Shown here piece after piece: positions 23,515-35,369 of a stretch of DNA of 47,159 nt. The notes below the pieces were generated by a model, which saw only the letters and a program-made list of their open reading frames with translations, was not told the DNA's origin and made no database searches. How positions within the stretch are numbered: the first letter of the stretch is position 1; every line of letters begins with the position of its first letter. This stretch comes from Octopus bimaculoides. Taxonomy: Eukaryota. A program made the translations under genes and the position numbers. The stretch spans positions 30,325,022-30,372,180 of the forward strand of contig NC_068994.1 in NCBI RefSeq assembly GCF_001194135.2, given 5' to 3'.

Positions 23515-24830
23515 GAGCTCATTTTTGCCAGGTGACTTACTTGTCATCTCAGTTTTTTGTCATCTGTTCTATGAGGCTCAACACCCTGAGGTCATTCTTC
23601 ACCATTTCATCCTACAGTTTTGAGCCTCCCTCTTTCACAGATCCCATCCATATTTAGTGATCGGCACTTCTTTATGTCATCATCCATATGTCTCATGGCT
23701 ATACCAGTACAATCTTCTGTCTTGCGCATTACATCTCGTACCTTTTCTGTCTAATTTTCCTCTCAACACTTTTACACTTGTCATATATGCACACTGATAT
23801 TGCACATCCAGCAGAGCATGATGGCTTCATTTCTTTCTAGTCTAGACATATTACCTGCACTCACAGACCATGTTTTACTACTATGTAGCATTGCTGTTCA
23901 CACACAAGTATCATACAATCTGCCATTGACTCTAAATGAAAGGCCTTTTGTTACCAACAGAACCTTGAACTTTCTTCATCCTATTGCTGTTCTAACAACT
24001 ATACTTTCTGAACCTCCTCCTCCACTGCAAATTAGAGCACCTAGATAACAAAAGCTATCTCTTACCTCTTGCAAACTTTCTTGGCATTTGAGAAAGTCAA
24101 TTTCCTGCGTGTCCTTAGTGTTTATTGCTGTTGCACACTTGTCACAAACATAGTGAACTCTCTCTGATAACCTTCCTGTGATTGTACTCTTATATGCCCA
24201 TAATTTGCACTGGGTACACTATATGGAATATCTGCCTACACCTTTCCAAATATTGAACAGGGCCATTTTCCTGATGGGTGGAGCATCCTCCTTCTTTCCC
24301 TGATTGTCTGTTCAGGTAACTAGGTCATATCTTGGACCATCAAATATTTCAAGCAACTTAGTGGTGATTCCTGATGGATTAAGGGCTTTTCCTACCTTCA
24401 TTTCTTTAATTGTTTAGTCTGTCATACTGCTGTCCACCTGAATAGCTGGTCTCTCTGTTGGGTCCACATTGGGAACACTAAAGGCAAACACCATTATCCA
24501 TCTGTAAACCTGTCTCTCCTACAACACCTCACTTCTCTCTGATATACTGTCTTGCAATCAGGAACATCTCACATCTCTGGCTCTCACAATTTGGTAAGAC
24601 TCTTTCTTTCTGTAGCTTCCTTTGCTTGATAAGCCTGTTGCCCAGTTTCCTTTCTAGTTATGTGGTACATTCTTCACTGGCTCCATTTTCCCAGTCTTTC
24701 CAAGTGTTTCTCTTTGCTTTATGGCCCTGTTTACCTCACTGTTCCACCACCATATCACCCTCAGTCTGGCTGGAACTTTGCATCAGCTACAGATTTGCTT
24801 GTCCCTCTATCATACTTTATCGTTCAACAT
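23515..24830 (-). mobile_element. Degraded RTE-clade LINE with a large internal deletion removing the RT core
   Basis: Fragments VIWWWNSEVNRAIK, IKEMKVGKALNPSGIT, CTQCKLW...YVCDKC, FCYLGALI, GRLYDTCV, MLCWMCNISVH; many stops and frameshifts. Confidence 0.85.
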
Positions 24831-24904
24831 CCAGCATTAAGCCCACTCTATTAAATACATTCCCATTCAATTGAGGGAGCTTTTACCTTTACCTTTTCCT
24901 TTCT

Positions 24905-25090
24905 TTACTTGGTTACCTCACGAGTGTTATGAAAGAAAGCACCCAATACACACTAGCATTAGTCAGGGCATCCAGCCATGGAAAATATGCCAAATTGACA
25001 TTTGGGCCTGATGCAGCTATGTGACTTGTTAAATCCTGTCAAATTGTCCAACTCATGCCAGCATGAAAATGAATTTTAAATGATGGTGGT
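24905..25090 (+). mobile_element. RTE LINE 3' UTR fragment
   Basis: AAAGCACCCAATACAC...GGGCATCCAGCC...CCAACTCATGCCAGCATG...TAAATGATGGTG. Confidence 0.6.
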
Positions 25091-26259
25091 GAATTGGTAG
25101 AATCGTTAAAGTATTGGACAAAATGCCTTGCAGTATTTAGCTATGATTCTTTAAATGTTTGAAGTTCAAATCACATTAAGGTCAACTTTGATTTTCAGCC
25201 TTCTGGGGTTAATGAAATAAAGTACCACTCAAGAAGGAACTTGGTTTGGCTGGCTTTGTGCCTAAATTTGAAATAATTATTAAATAATTTCCTCATTCTT
25301 GTCAGTAATCTTTGTTTTTTATTTGATTTCAGAAAAAACTGTTTGAAAACATGTCTGCTCAAGTGAAAATCAGGAGAAGACCAGTAACAACAACAACATC
25401 AGGAACAAGTTGACAAATAATTTACTGGAAGTACATCATGTTCAGAAATTTGATACCACCCTGGAGCTAGTATTTTGTAGATGGTGGCTGTCTTTTGTGA
25501 TGCAGTTGAAAATGGCTGCCTGCAGCTTTTGCAAATGATCTGTCGCAACCAGACAAGAGACTTATACTGGTTTGAGTGGAAACTACATGCCTTCATGAAA
25601 GATTCCTAATTTTTAGTTTCATTCTTCTTTTTTTGTTTGAAAATGATTTCTTGATTTGTTTGAAAATGTGAGCCTCTCACCCCCTAACTGCCCATGTCTC
25701 AATCTTTTGCTGTTTGTGATTGTGTAAAAAAGAAAGGAATTCATGTGTAAATCCTATTATTTCCTACTTGTAGCCACAATTATTGTGATGGTTCAGTGTC
25801 TGTAAGCACCATAACCATAGAAATTCAGTTGGTCTGACAACTAAATTTGATATTTGTTGTCAATATATTTTATTTATTGACTCATTAATATTTTCAATCT
25901 TTTATTTACAAAAATATTTTGTTTATTAAAAATTTTTTTTTTGTGTCTGTGCAGAAGTACTAAATTAGTATGAGAGAAGAGGAATTATAAACTCCTGAAT
26001 GAATAGTTAGCAAACTCACAATCAGAAAAGCAAAAATGGAAAGTTACTGATTCCCATCCACTACCAGCACCACTACCTATCATTTAATTTCTTAATTTCA
26101 GATTTAAGTGTACTTGTGTCATTGTTGTCCTACCATCCAATGGTTTACTGCTGATCTATTTGTGTTGTCTTTATACATTTCATTATACCTATTTTGTTTC
26201 CTTTTTATATTTTATCTGTTCTGTCTCCTGTTCCCCATCTGACACTGAATGAAGACATC

Positions 26260-27957
26260 ATGTATTCCATGGAACGGTTGTTTGTGTGTGACATCTGTCA
26301 CCAGGTCTTTCAACGGAGTTCTATTCTAGATAATCACATGCGAGCTCATGACGGAGAGAAACCATACAATGACTGTTCTTCCACTTACCAAGAGCTGCAA
26401 GCTGATGCAACCATTGACACTGTTGCTCAAATCCATGCAGCCGAACAAGAGAGTACAGAGAATATGCTGACTAACATTGTTGGGGAAGAAAGTGATCTTG
26501 CTGACCCTAACTCACCAACTGTATCTCTACCAGACTTTGCTCCCCCATCTCCTACAACTCAGATTGTTACTAATGACAAAGACCAAATGTTCCTCACTGA
26601 CCTGACAGACATTGGTGATTGTGAATCTATTAACCAGCTATACACTTGTAAGATTTGCATGGAGATTTTTACCCATCCAGTTTTACTTAGGCAACATTCG
26701 GAAATAGTTCATCCAAAGGAATATGGGAAAGCAAAGATGTTTGTGTGTGATATCTGCCAGAAAGCTTTCCCGGATAACTCTCAGTTAAAAAGACATGTAC
26801 GTATCCATTCAGAGGAGAGACCATTTGTTTGTATCATATGTTCAAAAGGTTTTCGCACCACTGCTCATTTGAAACGCCATTCCTGGATGCACACAAATCA
26901 ACGACCTTATGCCTGCAAAATCTGTGGGAAATCATTTTCTGATAATTCACACCTAAAACGTCATAGCTGGTCCCATAGTGAAAATAAACCATTTCCATGT
27001 GAACTTTGTTCGAAACAGTTTACGGACCGGTCACATTTAAAGCGGCATCTTCAAATACATTTGAACGATCGACCATTTACTTGTGATAAGTGTCCGAAAA
27101 CTTTCTCTGACATTTCTCACTTGAGAAGACATACTAAGGGCCACATCACAGAGAAAATCTTCCAGTGCCCTGTATGTTCAAAAACTTTTATGGATCAATC
27201 ATATCTAAACAGACATGCACGAACACATGTCATCAAAAAGAGTTTTGACTGCTTGGAATGTGGCAAGAACTTTTCTGATCGGTCCCATCTCAAACGCCAT
27301 GCTGTTATGCATTCTGACAATAAACCCTTCCAATGTAGCATGTGTCCTAAATCTTTTGTGGACAGTTATCATTTGAGGAGGCATAGCAAGACACACTCAG
27401 AAGTCAAACCATATTCTTGCTATGTATGTGGCAAGTGTTTTGTTGACAACTCTCACTTGAAGCGACATGCTAGGACACATTCCAGTGAAAGACCCTTTAA
27501 ATGTGAAACATGTAACAAAGGCTTCTTAGATAGGTCTCATCTTAAACGACATGCACAAACCCATTCAGATAACCGGAAGCCTTTTGGCTGTGATATCTGC
27601 GGCAAGTACTTTTCTGATATGTCTCATGTCAAAAGACACCGCAAAACCCATTATGATGAACGCCCTTATCCATGCCATGAATGTGACAAATCCTTTATGA
27701 CTTCATCACACTTGAAACGCCACCTGCTTTGCCATTCAGAAAATAAACCTTATCCTTGTGATCAATGTGACAAAACATTCTCTGACAGTTCCCATTTAAA
27801 GCGTCACTCTCAGACACACTCCATTGAGCAGCCGCCCAGCTGTGGAATCTGCAATAAGACTTTTTCAAGCAATTCCATTCTGAAGCGACACATGCAAGTG
27901 CACACTAATCAAATTCTTCTGAATGTAGGTTATTTACTTGCTACAGATATAGTGTAA
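26260..27957 (+). CDS. C2H2 zinc-finger protein: 16 fingers (2 isolated plus a 14-finger tandem array), acidic spacer, no KRAB/SCAN/BTB/ZAD recognised; 565 aa if unspliced
   Basis: Uninterrupted ORF with 16 C-x2-C-x12-H-x3/4-H motifs. First ATG at 26260 (MYSMERLF...; second ATG at 26269); the track's 26194 start is a TTG in pyrimidine-rich sequence. Acceptor-like TTTCAG at 26096-26101. Confidence 0.95.
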   Translation: MYSMERLFVCDICHQVFQRSSILDNHMRAHDGEKPYNDCSSTYQELQADATIDTVAQIHAAEQESTENMLTNIVGEESDLADPNSPTVSLPDFAPPSPTTQIVTNDKDQMFLTDLTDIGDCESINQLYTCKICMEIFTHPVLLRQHSEIVHPKEYGKAKMFVCDICQKAFPDNSQLKRHVRIHSEERPFVCIICSKGFRTTAHLKRHSWMHTNQRPYACKICGKSFSDNSHLKRHSWSHSENKPFPCELCSKQFTDRSHLKRHLQIHLNDRPFTCDKCPKTFSDISHLRRHTKGHITEKIFQCPVCSKTFMDQSYLNRHARTHVIKKSFDCLECGKNFSDRSHLKRHAVMHSDNKPFQCSMCPKSFVDSYHLRRHSKTHSEVKPYSCYVCGKCFVDNSHLKRHARTHSSERPFKCETCNKGFLDRSHLKRHAQTHSDNRKPFGCDICGKYFSDMSHVKRHRKTHYDERPYPCHECDKSFMTSSHLKRHLLCHSENKPYPCDQCDKTFSDSSHLKRHSQTHSIEQPPSCGICNKTFSSNSILKRHMQVHTNQILLNVGYLLATDIV

Positions 27958-28479
27958 AATGTTCAGTGTTGCACTTGATGGTACTGCATTTCCTCTTGTT
28001 ACTAACAAATTCACACAAACATGTACATCCAGTCTGCTTACACAGACTGATATACACCCCATCTACCTACACAAGCATACACCTGCTATATTTATATTGT
28101 GTGTTGATGAATACACACACACACACACACACACACACATGCGCATATGTACCTGTTTCACACACACATATAATACGTACACACATGCATGTACATGTCA
28201 TATATATAAGCACAACACAGTGTAAATAGGAACTGAAATAGATTTATATATATATTACAAAGTCCCACAGTGGGTGAAACAAGAATGTAATAGAAAGGGA
28301 TGGATGTGCTTACATTGATATTTCACCTCTATGGAGGCAGTGTTTTGTGCAATGGATATAAATACAGGTGGGGGAGGGGAGAAGTCTTACAAAACCGCTT
28401 GAATATAATTAAACGCTGGTTTGAGGTGATCTTTTGATTAACAGATTTTAAACCTTTTGCTTCTGTCTCTCTATTGTAG

Positions 28480-28584
28480 CCAGAGTATAGAGTCGATGGA
28501 TGCTCTATGCTTGCTGCTTTTGTTGGTTCCCGCTCTGCTGAATGTTCTGCTGGTTTCTGTAAAAAGCCTCGATTATTTTACTGA
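28480..28584 (+). CDS. Probable spliced terminal coding exon of the zinc-finger gene (PEYRVDGCSMLAAFVGSRSAECSAGFCKKPRLFY*)
   Basis: Phase-0 donor AAT|GTAGGT at 27924/27925; strong acceptor TTTTGCTTCTGTCTCTCTATTGTAG at 28455-28479; branch-like TTAAC about 40 nt upstream; frame stays open to TGA 28582-28584; ATTAAA just downstream. Confidence 0.5.
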   Translation, partial: PEYRVDGCSMLAAFVGSRSAECSAGFCKKPRLFY

Positions 28585-29559
28585 AACCATTAAAAAAGTT
28601 TTTTTCTTTCAGTTTTTACAAAGATGATATATATAGATATTAATTAAAACTGGCTGGTATCGGTTTGTTTATGTCCCTGTAACTAAGCAGTTTGGCAATA
28701 GAAAGTGATAGAATAAGTACCAGACATGACAATAAGTACTGGAATTAATTTGTATGACTAAACCCTTCAAGGTGGTTACCTCAGAGTGGCTGCAGTCCAA
28801 TAACTGAAATGAGTAAAAGGTAGATGCATACATATATACTTACACACACATATAAATGCACATGCACATAAATGCACACACACATTAACACACACTCATA
28901 CACATATATCAACATACACATATATACACACACATATAAATACATGTATACATATATGTATAACACACACACATATAATTTAATGAAGATGATAAATTGA
29001 TTTACATTTTAATTAAAAAGAATAAAATGCTATTGCATTTTGTGCAACAACAACAATGATTTAGTCATAAAATTTTTTGTGGAGTAGAAGTTAATCAATT
29101 CCTTTGACCCAAGTACTTGACTGGTACTTTATTTTATTGATCTGCAGTGGGTGGGATGAGGGGTGGTGGTGGAGGTGAAAGACGAAGCTGAGCTCAGTAG
29201 GATTTAAACCCAGAACAAAAAGAGCTGGAGAAACTACTGCAAAGCATTTATCTGATGCTCTAATGATCCTCACAATTCAATAATAATAATAATAATAATT
29301 ATGATAATAATATTCACATCCACCTCAGTAAGCAACCGATTGATCATCACAAACTCTACCACAACAATAAAACTTCAAATAAGCCTACAAGGGAATGTCT
29401 ATGTGAAGGTTTGAACTGCTAATAATAGCAGCTAACTGTTCCTCAAGTCTCACTTTTCTGTCTTAAGTAGGTAGGAGAAGGATTCAGTAGATAATGTTGT
29501 ACCATATAAACAGGTTATCGAGAATGCCTATGATTAAGGCAGCATTTGGGCTATGACTA

Positions 29560-29720
29560 CAACAACAACAACAACAACAGCAGAAGGAGCAACAACAGTG
29601 AGACATTGTAAAACAAAAAAACCAAAACCAAACAGCAACAATAATTTTACCCCCAAAACGTCTGTTGACCATTAGGGATAACAGCAATAAAGTGTCGGCT
29701 ATAAATGATTACTCTCATCT

Positions 29721-29755
<35 letters not shown>

Positions 29756-30260
29756 GTTGTTGCAACACAAAAGAAAACAACCTGAAACATAATCATGCCA
29801 ACACAATTACCATCACCATCACTCATCACAGCACATAATCACATCAAACATCACTATGAACAATAACATTTCCATCACAAACATAAACACATCACACCAC
29901 CATTAACAACAACACCACCACCACCATCAAGAAGCCAACTATTATCTCAGCCACCACCACCACCACCACCACTACCACCACCACCAACAACATCAAGAAG
30001 CCAACTACCATCAAAAAGCTAATTATTATTACCACCACCACCACCACCACCACCACCACGATCACTATTACCATCATTAACACCATCACCTCCATTATCA
30101 CAAACATAATCATGCCAAACATCACTATCATCAACACCCATCAATGACAGTACCACTCCACTACTTTCACCACTACCATTATTATCACCAAACCTCTACC
30201 ACTATCAACAACAGTATGATACCAGTGATTAACACATTAACAACCATGACAACAACAGCA
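29560..30260. repeat. Compound trinucleotide low-complexity region (CAA/CTA/CCA/CAT) with short duplicated units
   Basis: CATCAAGAAGCCAACTA and AAACATAATCATGCCAA each occur twice among the triplet runs. Confidence 0.85.
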
Positions 30261-30922
30261 ACACCAAAATCCCACTTTCTCTACCCCAGGAATCATATCC
30301 TCTTTGTACACATGGTCATTCAACCTGCTAGAAATAGCAACACAATATTCACCATATGACATAATATATTAAAAGAGATACACTGCATAATGTAATCCAA
30401 GGTACACTACTAAAATTGAAACAAAACTGGATGGTTATGGCTGGGATGGATTTGGTCAATAGACCTGCTTGATCAAGACAGGCCTTGGGCTAAATAACAA
30501 AACTGTCAGCTCAATGGTAACAATGCTAACAACAATTACATCCCTGTGAAGGAATCTCTGTATAATCACTTTACTTTGCTAGAAATAGCAGCCAAATCTT
30601 TGTTTTAAAAAAATGATGAATGATATCTCAGCCTACATGTTTTTGATAAGTCTATTCAATCAGGGCTGAGCTGGAGCTCAACAAACACATCATTGACTGT
30701 CATCGTCACCAGTACCTTCAATTGCGCATCCCTACATAAAAAGACTACAACAAAATACAAACCAAACAGGGACTATATACTACAAATTGACTCATGATAC
30801 AACAACAACAAAAAAAATGGAAAAAAAATAATAAAGAAGTCAGTTCCAAGATACATTAATAAACTCCATGCTGAGTTAGCTGTGACAGTGACTGCACATT
30901 TGTGTAAACCTGCTTCCTAAAC

Positions 30923-30955
<33 letters not shown>

Positions 30956-31369
30956 CAATAATTTTTTTGAAAAAGTTTTTTTTTTCCTGAAATTATGAAA
31001 TGTCATCAAAGCAAAATGAAATTGCGTTATTTTCTTTTTTCTCTTTCTTCACTCAACAATCCACCAGACTGTTTTATCCTCACTCCCACCACTTCTGTCT
31101 GTTAATTTATCAACACACTTTTACCTTATCTTTCCTACTCCTTGTCTACCTTGTTTCCTGTTATACTATAGCAGCCCAGGTTTGATTTCAGATCACAACC
31201 ATGTTAATGTTGCTTTTGCTTAATTTATAGTAATTGCAATTATTGAATAACAGCATCATTGGTTTCAGGTTTCTGACAAGCTAATCTGGTCCATTGCATG
31301 TATGAAGGTATGAGTGGCATTTGTGATTTAATGCAGAACAAATTACTCAAGAGGCTCCTTTGTAAAGTG

Positions 31370-33057
31370 CTAGGTTATGTCAATGTTTCACAAGCATAAT
31401 AACAAGTAGCTTTGATGAAATTGTTGAAAATGTTAGAGCAGAAGCATGTAGATGTGTGTTGTGTGCAAGTGGTATGATGGAGGGAAGCCTCATTTAGACT
31501 TCATGAGCGAGTGACATAGGTACAAATTCTTCTGGATGGGCAGTAGTGATAGGGAAGGTGGTGTGGGCATACTTTTGGCAGAGAAATGGGTTTTTGATAG
31601 GATTGTTAAGCTAAGACTAGTGTTGGATAATCTAACTGACATTTGTCTCTGGATATGCTCCACATGTTGAGCTAGCAGCTAAATAGGACTGTTTCTATGA
31701 ATATCTTTTACAGATTATCATGATTATGAAAGACAATAACTTTATTGTCATGTTGGTGACTGCAATGGACATGTTGGACAGTACTCCAATGGATTTCATG
31801 GTGTGCTTGGAGGTTATGGCTTTGGTTCTAAAAATGAGGAGGGAATCAGACTGCTAGAGTTCTGTGATGCAAATGACCTGTTGATCTGCAATGTTAACTT
31901 CAGGAAACCAGACAGCCACTTAATCACTTATTAATCAAGCCAGACTTTCTTCACCAGCAAATGGGATAGGCAGATGCTTGTGAATGCAATGTGCTTCCCT
32001 GGTAAAGAACATACAACTCACTATAGGTTAGTGACTTAAGACTCAGAACTATAAGGACTTGGAGACAATCCAATATGGAAGGTTAAAGATCCATTGAACA
32101 GTCAAGAGATTTAGAAACCTAATTGAAGCATTTGATGAGAAGTGGGAGGAAATTGAGACATGTAACATAAAAGATAAAGATAAAGTTCTTATTGGACAAC
32201 CTACTTCTCAGATCAAATGTGACTGGTACAAAGTTCCAGTCAGGCCAAAGGTGACATGGTAGTGGAATGGTGAAGTAGAGAGAGACACGGAAGTAAAGAG
32301 ATAGGATTGGAAGAATGGGGATAGCAGAGAAATATACCTGGTGACTAGAAGGGAAGCTATGTGGCAGGTCTATTTAGCAAGGTGAGAAACAGAAAGGTTT
32401 ACCAATGTTTTACAGTGTGTGGTGTTCCAGATTGTAGAGCAGTGTATCAGAGAAAATTGGAATGAGTGGAAGAAAAAGTATGTATGGATTGATGATGGTA
32501 TATTTACACTGGGTGATTCTGAAGAGAAAGAAATTGAAAGTGCCGCTATGAGAGGCTACTAGATATGGAGAATGAATAGGAGTCTTTCTAATGTAAACCC
32601 GACAGAGGAATCAGCTGTTATAGCTGACAACGGTATATTAGATAAAGCAATTAAGGGCATGAAGACAGGGAAGGCTCTGCTCAAGAATTACTGCTGAGAT
32701 GCTTAAAATATCTGGTGAAACGGGATATAATCTAATCACCCTTGTAATTAATCAGGTAGTACAGGAAGGCATCAAATCCAATGACTTGTGTAGCAGCATT
32801 TTTGTCAACTATTGCAAGGGTAAAGGTGATGCCTTACAAAAATTATCAGAGGTATTAAATTGCTGAACCAGGTCATGAAAGTTACAGAAAGGGTTATGGC
32901 TCAATTAATTCAGAAGAATGTTAGAGAGATGCAGTTTGGTTTTGTGGCAGGGAGAAGTACTACTGATGCCATCTTCCTAGTAAGACAACTGCAGGAAAAG
33001 TAAGCCATTGTACTTGATGCTTATTGGCCTGGAGAAAGCCTTCAAAAGAGACCCTCA
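31370..33057 (+). mobile_element. Degraded RTE-clade LINE: APE endonuclease plus N-terminal RT, 3' truncated
   Basis: MLEQKHVDVCCVQ, YKFFWMGSSDREGGVGILLAEKW, GDCNGHVG, NEEGIRLLEFCDANDLLICN, QFGFVAGRSTTDAIFLVRQLQEK, LEKAF; multiple stops and frameshifts. Confidence 0.9.
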
Positions 33058-34456
33058 TTCAAAGGTTTTTCAGCTATAACCATTCTATCTTTTTGGATAG
33101 CAGGGATTAGATTGTGTCGTGCTGTTTGCCTTTTTTATTTCTTTAAGTCAGTCGGGTGTTTTAGAAGGAATTTAGATGCTCTTTCTAATAGATTGAGACA
33201 TAAAGGCTCTCTTGATGATATTCAAATTTAATATCTACACAAGTACTGGACAAATTCTTCTTATATTTTGGTTCTCCAGACAGATTCCAATGCACAGATT
33301 ACTCTTACCTGGCAGCATTTCTCTCTTCCCACGATTTGTATGCAACCAGGTGAAGACTTTAGTAATTATGCATAAAGCTCAATGAATTCTAAATTTAGAT
33401 TTGTTAATTAAATCATCATTATCATCCTTGTCGCTTCAATGTTTCCCAGTTAGCACTGGAAGTGGAGTTGGGCAGGGTTATGTCTATTATTGATTTTTCT
33501 CCTCCCTATAATCAATCATCAGTTATCTCCCCTGCGAAGCTTAACATTCTGTGATATGATCTTGGAACATATTTATGTTTTTGCATTTTATATTATCTTT
33601 GATAAACAAAGTGTTGTTTATTACAGGTCTCCAATAATTCAAGCATTGGTTCACTGTATTCGTATTGATGAGAGCAACAAAAAATTGTTTGTGCAGCTTG
33701 AACTAAAAAAAATCAGGGAACATTTTTGTATTCAAAAACATTGGTCTATCTATATTCTTATCAACATTTACGTATTTTAATGAAAGCTTGACATGCATGC
33801 ATTCAGAAGATAGACCTATAGATATTGCAAAAGATAGTCATGTAGACATTACTAAAGATATATATGTATGCATACAAAAAGATATGTATCTAGACATACA
33901 AAAGATACACATGTGGGCATAGAAACAAATTAGGCATGCAACAAACTTCTGCTCCCAAGGATTGAACCTAGAGAGCATGGTTATGAAGTGAACTTTTTAA
34001 TCATGCAGAGTTATTCTTTTGATCATCTTAATTATTCTCAGCAGGATATAATTTTACTCCAGCAGGTGTTGTCTATTCCCGAGCCAACAAAAGAGCCACT
34101 ATGCTAGAAATAGCTGCCATATCTCCCTCAAACCACATCCACCATCTTAGGAAAGAAAGTCACATTTGATAATTTGGTTCAGCATGTGCTGTGCTTATGA
34201 AAACGAAGATTATAGTCAATCCCATCATATGATCATAGTTCTGCTTAGTTGAGATTGGCTAGGTGGGATGGGGGTAAACAATAACCAGCAGAATTGTTTC
34301 CCCTGCATACATTGGAAACTTGTTGATGTAGGCTTTGCAGATTCCTGAAGCTCTGACCTGATTTGATAACCATGTTGAACCAGTTCATTTAGAAAATGGC
34401 CTTGACCTCTTTTACAAAATATAAATATATAACATTGTAACACAATTGGTTTAAGA

Positions 34457-34792
34457 AAGGGGTTCTCAACCATTTTTTATCTATAGACCCCTTTGATTAC
34501 TATTTTATTCTGGTGGACCCCATAGCCATTCAATGTTTAAAAACTAGTTTTCTAGAAACTTCTTTTAAAATTCCTATTTTGTTTTTCACACATTAACTTG
34601 TGTAGGTTGAATCATGTAAAATGTTAGAGAAAGAAACCTAATTGTTTCTTGCAATACATCTGAAGCAAAATTTTTGTCAAGGGCCCTTAATATACTGTTT
34701 GTGGATCCCCAGTTTACTATTAAGTTGTGTGGATCCCCTAAAATTGTACATGGACCCTCAGGGGCTATATGGACCCCAGTTGAGAACTACTG
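34457..34792. mobile_element. Complete hAT (Buster/Charlie-like) MITE, 336 bp
   Basis: TIRs AAGGGGTTCTCAAC / GTTGAGAACTACTG; flanks gtttaaga / atttaagg (6 of 8 match, central TA). Confidence 0.8.
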
Positions 34793-34800
34793 ATTTAAGG

Positions 34801-35160
34801 GATGCAGGCTTTGGCTGTGGTTAAGAAACCTGCTTTTAAACCATGCGGTTCCAGGTTCAGTCCCATTACGCTGCCCTGAGTACCAGTGTCTTCTACTGTA
34901 GCCCAGGGTGACCAATGCTTTGTGAATGAATTTGGTTGACAAACTGTGTAGAAGACTGCTCTGTGTGCGTGCTATGTTTCTCTCCCCACTCACCATACCG
35001 CTCGACTGTTGGTTTGTTTACATCCCTCTGACTCAACAATTCATCGAAAGAGACTGATAGAATATGTACTAGACTCAGTTCTTTAAAATAAGTACTTGGG
35101 TTGATTTGTTTGATTAAACCTTTTTATGGTGTTGCTTCAGCATGGCCATAGTTCAATGGC
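34801..35160 (+). mobile_element. tRNA/CORE SINE
   Basis: A-box-like TGGCTGTGGTTAAG, B-box-like GGTTCAGTCCC; body and 3' part match 42769-43197. Confidence 0.75.
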
Positions 35161-35369
35161 GAGGATAATGATATCTCAAAATATCAAGACCTCTTGGGCC
35201 AGTAGTTGGTGTTTAGTCATGTAACTGTGTTAATACTGATGGAGTGTGAGTTGTTTCAGCTGTCAGATATCTCATCGTAGATTGTACAGCCTTGTTTGGG
35301 AAATCTAAAACTGTTCCTTATATTACTGGTTGTGAATGAAACTGAAATATAGTTACGTGTGTGGTTATA

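Noticed and set aside
26194-26259. N-terminal extension MFPFYILSVLSPVPHLTLNEDI of the ZF ORF
   Set aside because: It starts at TTG in pyrimidine-rich UTR or intron-like sequence; the first ATG is at 26260.
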